A stretch of DNA of 46,055 bases from an uncultured Nitrososphaerota archaeon. GTDB lineage: Archaea > Thermoproteota > EX4484-205 > JAAOZO01. The position numbers and the translations under genes were made by a program. Position 1 is the first letter of the stretch; each line of letters opens with the position of its first letter. The stretch is taken from NCBI GenBank assembly GCA_964408285.1, contig CAYOYV010000009.1:8792-54846 (forward strand), written 5' to 3'. The notes beneath the pieces were generated by a model, which ran no database searches, was not told the origin of the DNA, and saw only the letters and a list, made by a program, of their open reading frames with translations. Positions 36,192 to 46,055 of the stretch are shown here, piece after piece.

Positions 36192-37435
36192 AGCCCATCG
36201 AGTATTTCCGATTCGCCTTCAAGTCGCTCTGGTCGAGGAAGCTTAGAAGCAGCCTGACGATCATAGGAGTCTCGATCGGAATAGGGCTCTACGTAGTGTT
36301 GCTTTCTCAGACACAGGGACTCTACGAATCAGTTGTCGGCCAGATCAAGGAAATGGGCGTCAATAACATCTTTCTCTTCCCCTTGAGAAGCGACGTTTCT
36401 CTTTCGATTATCGACGTGAACAACCTGAGACTGACGGGGGGAGTTTCTGATGTCGTTCCGGTGGTCAGAGGAACCGCCACATTGACATTTGGGGGCACTA
36501 CTGCTGCAGTGAGTGTGACTGGCATTGACTTCTCGTCCCTTCTACGGACCTACCCCGGAATGACGTCGGAAGATGGAGAAATACCTGCCTTTCCTGGGCT
36601 TTTTGACACGCTCGTCGGGCACAGCATTGCATATCCACCGGACAGCAACTCAAGCGATCCTCTGATAAGGGCCGGCGACAGCCTATTGGTAAGGATCAGA
36701 GTTGTGTCTGGAAGGCAAGTTCTGCAGACCTATAGGTACTTTACCGTATCTGCGGTCCTTTCTCAGTATGGCATTTCGGTTGGGGGTGTGGGACCCGACG
36801 TAGGAATTTTCATACCAATAGAGGTCGCTGACAGTCTCTTCAATAGAAGAGGGACATACAACGGGGCTATAGTCGTGGTGGACGATGTCTCTAGGACAGA
36901 AGAGGTATCGTCGTCGATCCAACAACTTCTGGGGGGAAGGTTCAGTGCGATCTCTCCCGAATCCATCATCCAGAATGCCCAGACCATCTTGAATCAGATA
37001 CAGTTCTTCTTGGGTGCAATAGCTGCGGTCTCACTTGTGGTCTCTGGAGTGGGCATAGCAAACATAATGTACATCTCGGTGATAGAGCGCGTGAAAATAA
37101 TCGGACTCTATAAGGCGCTTGGCATGAGGAAGCTTGATGTCGCTGCTCTATACGTCGTTGAATCCGGGCTAATAGGTTTTCTCGGTGGAATCTTCGGAAT
37201 CCTCATAGGAGTCCTGGTTTCAGCGTTCGGGCTCAATATACTTCCCATCAATATGCCCAATGTTGGTCAGGCAAGATTGGCATCCTTCGTTTCGCTTTCT
37301 CTATCGCCCACTTTCACTCCAGAGTTGTTCTTGTCTGGGATGGGAATAGCTTTGTTCGTGAGCATCGTGGCGGGCCTGTATCCCGCGTACAAGGCATCTC
37401 AGCTTGAGGCCGCTCAAGCCTTGAAATACGAATAG
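36188..37435 (+). CDS. ABC permease, MacB/FtsX family
   Basis: RKLRSSLTIIGVSIG, large extracellular domain, GIANIMYISVIERVKIIG and GLYPAYKAS; TTGA overlap with the upstream gene. Confidence 0.92.
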   Translation: MKPIEYFRFAFKSLWSRKLRSSLTIIGVSIGIGLYVVLLSQTQGLYESVVGQIKEMGVNNIFLFPLRSDVSLSIIDVNNLRLTGGVSDVVPVVRGTATLTFGGTTAAVSVTGIDFSSLLRTYPGMTSEDGEIPAFPGLFDTLVGHSIAYPPDSNSSDPLIRAGDSLLVRIRVVSGRQVLQTYRYFTVSAVLSQYGISVGGVGPDVGIFIPIEVADSLFNRRGTYNGAIVVVDDVSRTEEVSSSIQQLLGGRFSAISPESIIQNAQTILNQIQFFLGAIAAVSLVVSGVGIANIMYISVIERVKIIGLYKALGMRKLDVAALYVVESGLIGFLGGIFGILIGVLVSAFGLNILPINMPNVGQARLASFVSLSLSPTFTPELFLSGMGIALFVSIVAGLYPAYKASQLEAAQALKYE

Positions 37436-37460
37436 GGATAGCCGCTCAAGTGCATGGGAA

Positions 37461-38720
37461 TCATACCCAGCCCCTGGCTTTCATTGCCTGGGCCACTCTT
37501 TCTATGGCATTAGCATATGCGGCCATTCTCATATCGACATCCAGCTTCTTCGCAGTGGCTTTGACTCTGGAGAAAGAATCGAACATCATACCACGCAATC
37601 TCTGATCTATCTCGTTCTCGGTCCAATAGAAACCTGATAGATTCTGAACCCATTCGAAATAGGATACCGCCACACCTCCGGCGTTCGCAAGCACATCGGG
37701 CACCACAAGGATTCCATTCTTCCTTAGGACATCATCTGCCTCGGGAGTGGTGGGCCCATTTGCCCCCTCCACAACAAATCTTGCTTTTATCCTACCTGCA
37801 TTCTCACTTGTTATCTGGTTTTCGAGGGCAGCGGGTATTAGGATGTCAACTTCGATCTCAAGCAATTCCTCATTCGAGATTCTTTCGACGCTTGGAGCTT
37901 CTACTAATGTGCCGGATTCCCTCTTCAGCGAACTCAGTTCCTCGTATGTCAGACCTTTCTTTGCGTGGATTCCTCCCTTGCTGTCGCTGGCTGCCACTAC
38001 ATGCACTCCGAGTTGCTGAAGGAATTTGTGAATGTATGATCCGACTTTGCCATACCCCTGGATCGCGGCTGTGCACTTGCGAAGGTCAAACCCGTAGTCT
38101 TCAGCCATCTTCTCAACCACAAAGGCCAAACCCCGAGCTGTTGCCGTCTCCCTTCCCAGTGAACCCCCGATCATGGGGGGCTTCCCTGTAACGACGCCAA
38201 ACGCGTTGTGTCCTACAATCTGATAATACTCGTCCATGAACCAAGCCATTGTCTGAGCGTCCGTATACACATCCGGAGCAGGAATGTCAATATCGGGGCC
38301 TATAATAGGAGATATCATTCTGAAATATCCTCTGGAGACGCCCTCGAGTTCCCTACGACTCAATAGATGGGGATCCACAATGACCCCGCCCTTGCTTCCT
38401 CCATACGGGAGAGCCAGTAGTGAACACTTCCAAGTCATCCAGATGGAGAGCGCCTTGACCTCATCCATCGTGACATTAGGATGGAACCGAACGCCTCCTT
38501 TGTATGGGCCAAGAGCATTATTGTGCTGGCTTCTGAATCCGACAAAGACTCTCAGTGATCCATTATCCATATGAACAGGAATCGCAACCTCCAAGACTCT
38601 ATCCGGCTTTCGGAGCCTCTCTATGATGTTCTCCTCGAGATTGAGTATCTTCGCGGCCTTCTCAAGTTGCACTATGGCCATCACATAGGGATTGTTTTCT
38701 TTCGCTGATTCTCGGGTCAA
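37461..38720 (-). CDS. gdhA: Glutamate dehydrogenase (Glu/Leu/Phe/Val family)
   Basis: GPYKGGVRF, MTWK, GGSKGG, DIPAPD, GYGKVG, EGANGP and NAGGVAVSYFEW motifs. Confidence 0.96.
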   Translation of the reverse strand: MTRESAKENNPYVMAIVQLEKAAKILNLEENIIERLRKPDRVLEVAIPVHMDNGSLRVFVGFRSQHNNALGPYKGGVRFHPNVTMDEVKALSIWMTWKCSLLALPYGGSKGGVIVDPHLLSRRELEGVSRGYFRMISPIIGPDIDIPAPDVYTDAQTMAWFMDEYYQIVGHNAFGVVTGKPPMIGGSLGRETATARGLAFVVEKMAEDYGFDLRKCTAAIQGYGKVGSYIHKFLQQLGVHVVAASDSKGGIHAKKGLTYEELSSLKRESGTLVEAPSVERISNEELLEIEVDILIPAALENQITSENAGRIKARFVVEGANGPTTPEADDVLRKNGILVVPDVLANAGGVAVSYFEWVQNLSGFYWTENEIDQRLRGMMFDSFSRVKATAKKLDVDMRMAAYANAIERVAQAMKARGWV

Positions 38721-39128
38721 ATCATGTGCTCTGCTCTATTGGGATCGATTTGATGATAAAAGGGTTATTGAAATCCGAACATGGGAGGCTTCTTCGAGTA
38801 AGGGCCGACTGAGGAGTTGACGCGTGCGCGCTAGGATATCATGCGGACTATCTTCCGGCTCTGGTGAGAAATGAGAGGCTGTGTGTCCTTGATCTCCACC
38901 GAGAAAGCTCCATGAATCTCAAAATAATGGGAGATCAAGGAAATTATGGCGTCTACATAGCAAAGATCGTCCAATACAGCGGAAGAAGCAACCTGTGGTC
39001 AAAGGAAGGGCGACTCGTCGAAGCATATCCAAGGCCTGCGGGTCACTCTGATCGCGGTGAATCAAGACAAGCCAAACCTGAATAAGACAGTCTAGCGTTC
39101 CACGGACCTGCAGTATCAAGTCGTGAGG

Positions 39129-42100
39129 CTATAAAGGAGATAGGGCCTTCGAACTGACCTTGATCCGAACTGTGCGTATTTCATGGGGATTCATTCTTAT
39201 CTTGATCATGCCGGAAGAGAGACTGACATCAGATACATCTTTCTCCAAGAGGTCAACTTCCCTTGCCCCGATAATGTCCTTAATGGAGATCTCCGCTTCT
39301 GCTCCGTCTCCGGTCGCGTCATAAAGCCTCAAGATCACATCGTCAGAATCTTCAGAGATCTTCAGACATGACATTACTATGTTATCTGGTGTGATCTTGA
39401 TGAAGCTAGCCTCTTCAGGAAGCGACCCGTTGTTCTTCGTAGGTTTGGGCACAAGGAGTGGAGTCAAGGGATGATCTATTTCGTAGCCCTTCCTGAACGA
39501 GAGCGCAGTCTTCCAGTCATTCGAATGCGGATACAGTGAGTAAAGGAGTTCGTGGTGCCCTTGGTCTGGGTTCGGATCTGGGCTGTAGCTGGTTCGGAGA
39601 AGCGTCATTCTGATCGTGTTTCCTTGCACATCATAGCCGTGCTTGCAGTCATTCAGAACGCTCACTCCATATGCTGCGTCGGAGATGTCGGCCCATCTCA
39701 GGGCTGGAGTTTCTCTTCCATCAGGAACGCGAGTGATGCTGCCGAATGGTATCTCGAATGTCGCGACAGAGTTCTCCAGCATCGGCGAGAAGGAGACCTT
39801 CAGCATCGGTCCATCGATGTCAGCGCCCCCGATCTCATTCCAATCTATCTTGGTGCGGAAGTCCACCCTCCGCAGACCACTATAGAGGATGATCTCTTGA
39901 ATTATCACTGAATCCCGGAAGTTGTGACGGAATGATATCTTGCTGAATACTGGCCCCTTCACGACGGATTCGATCCGAGCTCCTTTTCTGAGATTGTCGA
40001 TGTGCGTTATGTCTCCAATTGCCCAAGCTGACATTCCGTGGGGTGCTTCATGCAGGATCTGGAAGAGATTGCTATATACAGGCCTCGTGGCTTCGTCCCT
40101 ATGGAAATTGAACACTACTCTCGAAATCTCCTTGTCAAACAGGGACTTCATTGCGGCTGAATCCTTATCGATCTCAACCTTGAGGAATTCGTTCTCTAGG
40201 ATCAGCTCATTCGATCTGATCTCCTCAGCCCCACTTCCTTCCGCCAGATAGTATGTGGAGTATCCAAGGCTAGGAACATCGGCGATGAAAGTCAGTTGTC
40301 CGCCATCGACTTGAACCGGACTCTCTTTTCCCTTATGATCGAAAACGGCTGGGTCCTTGGGAATCGACATACCGGACATAGATAGGCGAACTACATCCTT
40401 TCTGTCCCATGGCAATGGATTGAACACCACGACTGACACTTGATCTCGTGAGAATGCTATTTCGTCGCATATTCGCTGAAGAGCGTCCTTGATGATCCCT
40501 TCGGTCATCGATAAAGCCTCTCTAGCAAGGTCGTTCGAATAGGCATAGGTTTCTCCGTATCCGCTTCCGTCAAGGATATCGTGGAATTGATTGAACAGTG
40601 TCTTTTCCCAGCAGTTGTTGATCTTGGCTCTGGGACTATTGCCGGAAATGACGGAGAATCTCTCGGCATTCAGCAGATCTCTCTCGCAGATTCTGTTGTA
40701 GCGTTTCGTATCACCATGCGTCGTGTAACATCCGTCAAAGGTGAAGTTCAACTCATCGTTTACTACTGGAATGTTGGCCTTGGATCTTGAAACCTCTTGG
40801 AAGAATCGGTGAGTCGACCCGAATTCGATGCTTGGCATGGTCGGTTTCGTTCTCATTGCATAAGTTGCATTGATGTCCTCGACAACTGGTCCTCCACCGT
40901 GATCTCCCACTCCGTATACAAACATGCTTGTCCTGAGGCCATATTTTTGATAGAAAGTCTTTGCTGTTTCAACGATATTCTTCGGAGTCACTGAATTGTT
41001 ATAGACGCTGTTGAAGGCGAGGACCTCTGAACCGTCTGGGCCTTGCCATCTAAAGAGAGGGAGACCTCGGCCGCACCGCATAAAGTAGTAGCCATTGATG
41101 GCACTTCTCTTCAAGACTTGTGGCAGTGTCCATATGTGACCGAAGGTGTCTGGCTCCCAACACACACTCGGTTCAAAACCGAATCTGTCCCTCAGGTATC
41201 TTTTAGAATACAATATCTGTCTCACAAGGGATTCGCTTCCGATCATGTTCAGGTCAGCTTCCACCCACATTGACGCAGTTATGTCCCAATTGCCGGAATG
41301 GACTTTTCTCTTTATCTGCTCAAACAGATTCGGATATCTCTCCTCAACAGCCTTGTATGTAACCGCCTGGCTTTGGGAGAAATGAAGATCTGGGTATTTG
41401 TCCATGAGAGAGACCACAGTCGAGAAGTCTCGTCTGATGACATTCACCGTCTCGTCCCAAGGCCACAGCCAATTCATGTCTATATGTGCGTGCCCTATCA
41501 AATACACCTTGAATCGCTTTGCCTCATCCGACAGGACTGACAAACCCTGTCTCGCCCTCTCAATCTCTCGGACGAGGGCCAAAACATCCTTCTGGAAGAC
41601 ATCCGTGTCGAATTCCCTGACTAGTCTCTCCACTCTCTCTTCGCTATTGGGCAGAAGGGTTGCGAAATCCAACTCGTGAACAAAGGAGTCAATCTCGAAC
41701 GCCAGCCTATCGACTGCTTCATATGACAGGTACATACGGGGAATGCCGGCCTTCTCCCCCCTAGGAACAGGGCGAATCTCGAAACCATGAATGGCAATCA
41801 GGTGCTTGTCGCCTGGTTCGGCCTTATCTGTCACGAGTATTCGGGGGCCCCTGAAATCGGTCCAGTATTTTTCCTTCAGGACCAGCCTCGAATCCACAAA
41901 GATCTCTCCGCCAGTTATCATGGCAGAAGAGAAAATCTCCACCTTCGATCCACGCAGATCCACACCCTCTACCATATCTGGAATGACGACCTCACACCTC
42001 AGCCAAGCATCTCCTTTTGTCGGGTCCCACTGAAAGGGCAAGTCGACGTTGGGCCATGAAGAATCGTCAACTGATTCCTTTTCAGATCCGTCGAGATGAC

Positions 42101-42203
42101 CTTGGAACCATTTCCACTTGAGAGTGTTTCGATATTCGGTGAGCTTTTTGTACTTCTCCTGAAGTTCGTGCAGAAGCTTCTCGGAACCGGTCTCGACTAC
42201 CAT
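39129..42203 (-). CDS. Alpha-mannosidase, GH38
   Basis: GHAHIDMNWLW, WEPDTFGH, GVGDHGGG, FNQFHDIL and VFNPLPW motifs; extra N-terminal beta-sandwich. ATG 42203 preferred (TTAATA about 30 nt upstream). Confidence 0.93.
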   Translation of the reverse strand: MVVETGSEKLLHELQEKYKKLTEYRNTLKWKWFQGHLDGSEKESVDDSSWPNVDLPFQWDPTKGDAWLRCEVVIPDMVEGVDLRGSKVEIFSSAMITGGEIFVDSRLVLKEKYWTDFRGPRILVTDKAEPGDKHLIAIHGFEIRPVPRGEKAGIPRMYLSYEAVDRLAFEIDSFVHELDFATLLPNSEERVERLVREFDTDVFQKDVLALVREIERARQGLSVLSDEAKRFKVYLIGHAHIDMNWLWPWDETVNVIRRDFSTVVSLMDKYPDLHFSQSQAVTYKAVEERYPNLFEQIKRKVHSGNWDITASMWVEADLNMIGSESLVRQILYSKRYLRDRFGFEPSVCWEPDTFGHIWTLPQVLKRSAINGYYFMRCGRGLPLFRWQGPDGSEVLAFNSVYNNSVTPKNIVETAKTFYQKYGLRTSMFVYGVGDHGGGPVVEDINATYAMRTKPTMPSIEFGSTHRFFQEVSRSKANIPVVNDELNFTFDGCYTTHGDTKRYNRICERDLLNAERFSVISGNSPRAKINNCWEKTLFNQFHDILDGSGYGETYAYSNDLAREALSMTEGIIKDALQRICDEIAFSRDQVSVVVFNPLPWDRKDVVRLSMSGMSIPKDPAVFDHKGKESPVQVDGGQLTFIADVPSLGYSTYYLAEGSGAEEIRSNELILENEFLKVEIDKDSAAMKSLFDKEISRVVFNFHRDEATRPVYSNLFQILHEAPHGMSAWAIGDITHIDNLRKGARIESVVKGPVFSKISFRHNFRDSVIIQEIILYSGLRRVDFRTKIDWNEIGGADIDGPMLKVSFSPMLENSVATFEIPFGSITRVPDGRETPALRWADISDAAYGVSVLNDCKHGYDVQGNTIRMTLLRTSYSPDPNPDQGHHELLYSLYPHSNDWKTALSFRKGYEIDHPLTPLLVPKPTKNNGSLPEEASFIKITPDNIVMSCLKISEDSDDVILRLYDATGDGAEAEISIKDIIGAREVDLLEKDVSDVSLSSGMIKIRMNPHEIRTVRIKVSSKALSPL

Positions 42204-42376
42204 GTGCTGCGTCACTTCTGACGTGGAGATATTAACGTTTGCGCAGGTTTCAAGATTCCAGTTGGAAAACCGCACCCGTCCGTGAAATGAAACGGTGTGG
42301 TGACGGGGATGATTGCTCCGCTATCTTCATCGTCGTTACATACCATCGGTCTGATCGTGTTATGATGATCACGGTC

Positions 42377-44536
42377 CTACATTCGCGACAGCAAGAGACT
42401 TGCCACCTTTCCAGCAAAGTCGGGTATAACAACATCCACAGTCTTGTCCGTTGTCTTAGGAACCAGATCAAAGACCTCTTCGTCAATTGTATACATCGTT
42501 GCGGTCAAATGGCCCAAGATAGGATGGACTGATCTGTCTATTGAGATGGTGAATGGACCTCTATTGGTCCTGTAATCAACGAAATTGACGAGAAGATTGT
42601 TCTGATCGATGCTACGAAAGCACTTCGCGGCAACCCGCTCGCACGTGCACTTGAGTCCGATGTCATCAGTGAAAGTGGAGTTATATTGGATCTGTTTTGT
42701 CTTCCTTCTGAGCCTTATCAATTTCTTGATATGTTCGGTCAAGCCATGACCTCTCTTGATTCTGGGCTCGCCGTGAGGAAGTGTCACATCAAATCTGAAA
42801 CCGAGGAGATAGACCCTGTTCATAAGGTCCTCGAGAGTTGGCTCCTTCTGGATGTCAGGATAGTAGCATCTTCCAATCCAGTCAGCGGGAGAGTTCGCGA
42901 AACCATCGATAATGATGTAATCGGGAAAGGTGTACGCAAAAACTTCTGGTGCGGGAAATCTGGTCTGACTCGAGAAACTAGTGTATAGATGAAGATCCGA
43001 GAACTGACCTATGGAATCTCCATTTCCTTCAATGCATATGGAAAAATCCGCGTCAATGTCTCTGCCTTCTTCTGAGATTCTTTTCACCAGACTAACCCTT
43101 CCTTGAGCGGAACACCCGTGGTGATCATGCCCATGCCCGAAGTTGAAACAATAAGACACAGGGGGCGAGAACGCTTGATCTATGTACGCAAAATCCGCTC
43201 CGTATTCCTTCAGGTACCTTTGCACGACCCAATGAACGAGATAATCCTGCCAACCCTTGGAGAAGGTGCACATTATCCTGAAGCCATCGTCCTCAGATTC
43301 CCTGCCCGGATACTGGATCGTCGCAGCTCCATCGAAATTCGTTTGCGCGTAGTTCTTGAATTCCCCCGCCCAGTCCGGGATCTCCACCTCATTCGGGACT
43401 CGGTAACCTCTTTTGGAAAGATACTCCTTTATGTATGGTGAGAATGCTTGAATGTTGAAATAGAATCCGATTCGACAGCCTCTGCTCCTCAGATCCGATA
43501 TTGCCTTCTTGAGTTCTTCGACAGTTCCTAGCCTTGGGTCAGGGTAGTAGAATCTGTAACAACATGAGTCGCCTACCATCTGGCCCCAGAGTTGGACATG
43601 CGAAAGGCCGAGATACTGAGCGTCGTCATAGAGACGCGCTATGTCTTTGAAACCCAGCGGAACCGTGGTGCCCTGTTTGAAATTCGCCCCATACCAACCA
43701 TCCATTTGCCGTATGTCTTCGGGAACCCTAGGTTGGGCCATCCAAGACCGGGCCCAATCCCTGTATCTATCAGCGGCCCAATGCCAGTCACCTTCGTGAA
43801 CTCCTATGACAAAGGGCTGAGATCTCCAATCTCCTGCAGGGGGCACGAAAGCGTACTTCCTGAATCCAATTCTCATCGTCCCTGAATCTGCGTCTGGGAT
43901 GGATTCCAAGGCGGTAAGGAGAAGGGTCTTGTCATAGCTTGCCATGTACATCCCTCCTTGCCTGTCGTAGAAGTCCATCCACATCATCGAGGCCATACCG
44001 CCATAGAGAATGGAATCATGGTACATACCTACGTTGCCAATAGGATCAGGAATCTTCTCCCCGAATCTATTGGGCCTGACCAGAATGCTGTCCTTTGAAC
44101 CACGGCCAAAAGAGATACCCTGGACCTGAGGAAACCCGATAGCCACGATAGGATTTGGGTGCTCGCCCTTGGATCTGTTGTTAACACCTATCTCGCAGTC
44201 AACTAGTTCAGTCTGTTTGCGCAAGTAATAGCGGCACTTTATATCGAAGGAGCCAAGAACATGTGACGTCTCGACTGAACTTCCATCTGACCCATCCTTC
44301 CTGCTTGCATCTATTAGTCTGAAGGAGGAGGATGAGAGAGCTCTGAAAGGTTCGTCATCGTTCGCGTAGGGCCCGGATTTCTTTCCTGTCTGGAGCACCC
44401 AGATATAGAATGCCTGCTTGGGGGCGTCTCTTAGATAGCTGAGAGAGGCCTTCTTGCCCAATATCCGCGAGATAGCACCGGTTTGAGAGTCTATCGATAA
44501 CTCCAATCTGTCATTGCTGAGAGTAAGATCGCTCAC
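42377..44536 (-). CDS. Putative glycoside hydrolase-like protein (DUF6259-like TIM barrel)
   Basis: HEGDWHWAADRYRDW, YYPDPRLG, MC...WQDY, AYIDQ and IEG patterns typical of GH-like barrels; GTG start with AAGGTGG SD; upstream of GH38. Confidence 0.6.
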   Translation of the reverse strand: MSDLTLSNDRLELSIDSQTGAISRILGKKASLSYLRDAPKQAFYIWVLQTGKKSGPYANDDEPFRALSSSSFRLIDASRKDGSDGSSVETSHVLGSFDIKCRYYLRKQTELVDCEIGVNNRSKGEHPNPIVAIGFPQVQGISFGRGSKDSILVRPNRFGEKIPDPIGNVGMYHDSILYGGMASMMWMDFYDRQGGMYMASYDKTLLLTALESIPDADSGTMRIGFRKYAFVPPAGDWRSQPFVIGVHEGDWHWAADRYRDWARSWMAQPRVPEDIRQMDGWYGANFKQGTTVPLGFKDIARLYDDAQYLGLSHVQLWGQMVGDSCCYRFYYPDPRLGTVEELKKAISDLRSRGCRIGFYFNIQAFSPYIKEYLSKRGYRVPNEVEIPDWAGEFKNYAQTNFDGAATIQYPGRESEDDGFRIMCTFSKGWQDYLVHWVVQRYLKEYGADFAYIDQAFSPPVSYCFNFGHGHDHHGCSAQGRVSLVKRISEEGRDIDADFSICIEGNGDSIGQFSDLHLYTSFSSQTRFPAPEVFAYTFPDYIIIDGFANSPADWIGRCYYPDIQKEPTLEDLMNRVYLLGFRFDVTLPHGEPRIKRGHGLTEHIKKLIRLRRKTKQIQYNSTFTDDIGLKCTCERVAAKCFRSIDQNNLLVNFVDYRTNRGPFTISIDRSVHPILGHLTATMYTIDEEVFDLVPKTTDKTVDVVIPDFAGKVASLLLSRM

Positions 44537-44630
44537 GTGGTTGTGTCCACCTTAAGGTTGATATGCCTATCGCAAGCAAGCCTCGTCATCGTCTCCGCCT
44601 ACCAGCAATCTTAACTACTGGAATCCATCG

Positions 44631-45770
44631 TTGCTTTGGGAGCAAAGGATGCTGCCTTCAGAAAAGCTCGTGGCGGCATTTGAGAACACATTCTCAGAGA
44701 CAATGCCTTGGTTTGCGGACCTTACCTATTGGTGCTCATCGCACATAGCCATGGGAGACTTCCCTCAGAAATACATTGGAGAGGGGAGACTAGCCCTGTA
44801 CAAGGAACTGGGATGTGGGGCCCATGAGGAATTGTATGGGTCCGTTGTAGGCATCCGACACTCCCAAGTCGAAACAACAGTCCACGAAGTTCGCGAGAAA
44901 GATGGCAGCGCTACCACTTACACGACATTCCACACTCCCATCGGGTCACTCACCAAGGTAGACAGATCATCCGTTGTTTCATACAGTAAGGCCACGTTGG
45001 AATATCCTGTAAAAACAGAAGAGGACCTGAAGGTACTGAGATTCATCATCCGCGACCAAGATATCCGGCCAAACTTCGAGGCTTATGCGAATCAGACTCG
45101 ATTGAATGAGCTCTGGGATGGATGGGGCATTGTGAGTTCGCTTCCTCCGAGAACACCTCTCTTGCGGCTAATCGTCGAGTGGGCTGGATTCATGAATGTG
45201 GTCAGGCTTCAGCGGAGATCAAGAGAGGAGTTTGATGAGACGATTGAGCTGATGTACCAGTTCGATGATCCCATATATGAAGCCATATGCGAAGCTCCGG
45301 CCAGATTCGTCTACTTCGGGGAAAATCTTTCGAGCGATCTAATAAGCCCAAACTTGTTCAACATTTATCTGGATCCCTACTACCGAAAACGTTCCTCTCA
45401 ACTTCATGCGAAGGGAAAATCCATATTCCTGCACATAGATGGCGGCATGAGAGGCCTTCTGCCTCTTCTTGCCGGAGCTGGCATTGACTGCGCACAATCG
45501 CTTACCCCCGCTCCGTTTGGCGATCTGAAGGTCCAAGATCTTAGGAGAGTCGGAGGCCATGACATAGTACTCTGGGGAGGACTTGCAGGCGTTCTTTTCA
45601 GCAGAATATACTCCCCTCAGATGCTAACAAGCACTGTCCAAGACGTACTGGACACCTACATCGACGACCGCCGCTTCATAGTCGGAGTTTCAGATCAAGT
45701 GCCTCCGGATGGAGAGATAGGAAGGGTCAAGATTGTCTCGAGTTTGATCGAAGCGAGAAGGCGATCATAG
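44631..45770 (+). CDS. Uroporphyrinogen decarboxylase-superfamily protein (MtaA/CmuA-like)
   Basis: TPIGSL, YPVKTEEDL, ISPNLF, FLHIDG, TPAPFGD, LWGG and DQVPP motifs; alternative start ATG 44649. Confidence 0.85.
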   Translation: MLWEQRMLPSEKLVAAFENTFSETMPWFADLTYWCSSHIAMGDFPQKYIGEGRLALYKELGCGAHEELYGSVVGIRHSQVETTVHEVREKDGSATTYTTFHTPIGSLTKVDRSSVVSYSKATLEYPVKTEEDLKVLRFIIRDQDIRPNFEAYANQTRLNELWDGWGIVSSLPPRTPLLRLIVEWAGFMNVVRLQRRSREEFDETIELMYQFDDPIYEAICEAPARFVYFGENLSSDLISPNLFNIYLDPYYRKRSSQLHAKGKSIFLHIDGGMRGLLPLLAGAGIDCAQSLTPAPFGDLKVQDLRRVGGHDIVLWGGLAGVLFSRIYSPQMLTSTVQDVLDTYIDDRRFIVGVSDQVPPDGEIGRVKIVSSLIEARRRS

Positions 45771-45897
45771 CTCTCACGACTATTGGGCACACATCATCCC
45801 TACTGGTCAAGTCCTTTGTAGGAATCATGTAGTATCGAGCCCGTTTCAAGGCACGAATAAAGGATTATCTTTCCTTAGGGGCAACAGGTTGAGGACC

Positions 45898-46055
45898 ATG
45901 CCAAGGATGTACGTTGCCGGAAATGCTCACATTGATCCTATTTGGCTTTGGAGATGGAGCGAGGGGCAGCAGGTCATAAGATCGACATTTTTGTCTCAGC
46001 TCAGACTTCTGAAGCAGAGACAGGATTATGTCTTCTGCGCAAGCTCAGCATCATT
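45898..46055 (+). CDS. Second GH38 alpha-mannosidase, N-terminal fragment (runs off window)
   Basis: Not in ORF track. Manual translation MPRMYVAGNAHIDPIWLWRWSEGQQVIRSTFLSQLRLLKQRQDYVFCASSAS carries the GH38 Zn motif AHIDxxWLW. Confidence 0.88.
   Translation, partial: MPRMYVAGNAHIDPIWLWRWSEGQQVIRSTFLSQLRLLKQRQDYVFCASSAS

Noticed and set aside
37402-37450. 7-bp hairpin GCTTGAG-GCCG-CTCAAGC and 10-bp direct repeat GCCGCTCAAG (37409, 37441)
   Set aside because: Mostly inside coding sequence, only two short copies, no U-tract or spacer pattern; compatible with chance.
38864-39085. 73-aa ORF between gdhA and GH38, faintly like a flavin-reductase fragment
   Set aside because: Resemblance too weak and no convincing promoter; cannot support a gene or pseudogene call.
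1-46055. CRISPR arrays, tRNA/rRNA genes, transposases, integrases, inteins
   Set aside because: No regularly spaced repeats, cloverleaf/T-loop signatures or recombinase motifs were seen by eye, and intergenic gaps are short. A covariance-model scan would be needed to exclude small RNAs.

Overview
Gene-dense archaeal chromosomal segment. TATA-like boxes lie about 25-45 nt upstream of many starts, TTG/GTG starts are frequent, and it encodes a class III signal-peptide pilin, an archaemetzincin and a crenactin. Crenactin points to a TACK/Thermoproteota-type archaeon; the exact lineage cannot be fixed from this window. The standout locus is a tightly coupled minus-strand actin operon at 6092-8316: crenactin, an arcadin-2-like protein (degenerate nuclease-like domain, coiled coil, C-terminal actin-binding-type helix) and a small Cys4 protein. 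An unknown 197-aa gene precedes it, and no arcadin-1 or arcadin-4 is recognisable in the window. The rest is housekeeping, envelope and catabolic genes: three GT2 glycosyltransferases, a polyprenol kinase-like protein, AlaX, UDG, HtpX, TrxR, PncA, a DUF72-SWIM fusion facing an ATP-dependent DNA ligase, an AfuABC-like transporter with a surface phosphoesterase, a ThyA-like protein, a LolD/COG1361/MacB trio, glutamate dehydrogenase and a GH38/GH-like/URO-D cluster. Four ORFs absent from the supplied track were read by hand: the pilin at the left edge, a second GH38 at the right edge and two small ORFs. Two genes probably start at CTG. No tRNA, rRNA, CRISPR array or transposase was recognised. 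All family calls come from motif recognition by eye; no database search was run.
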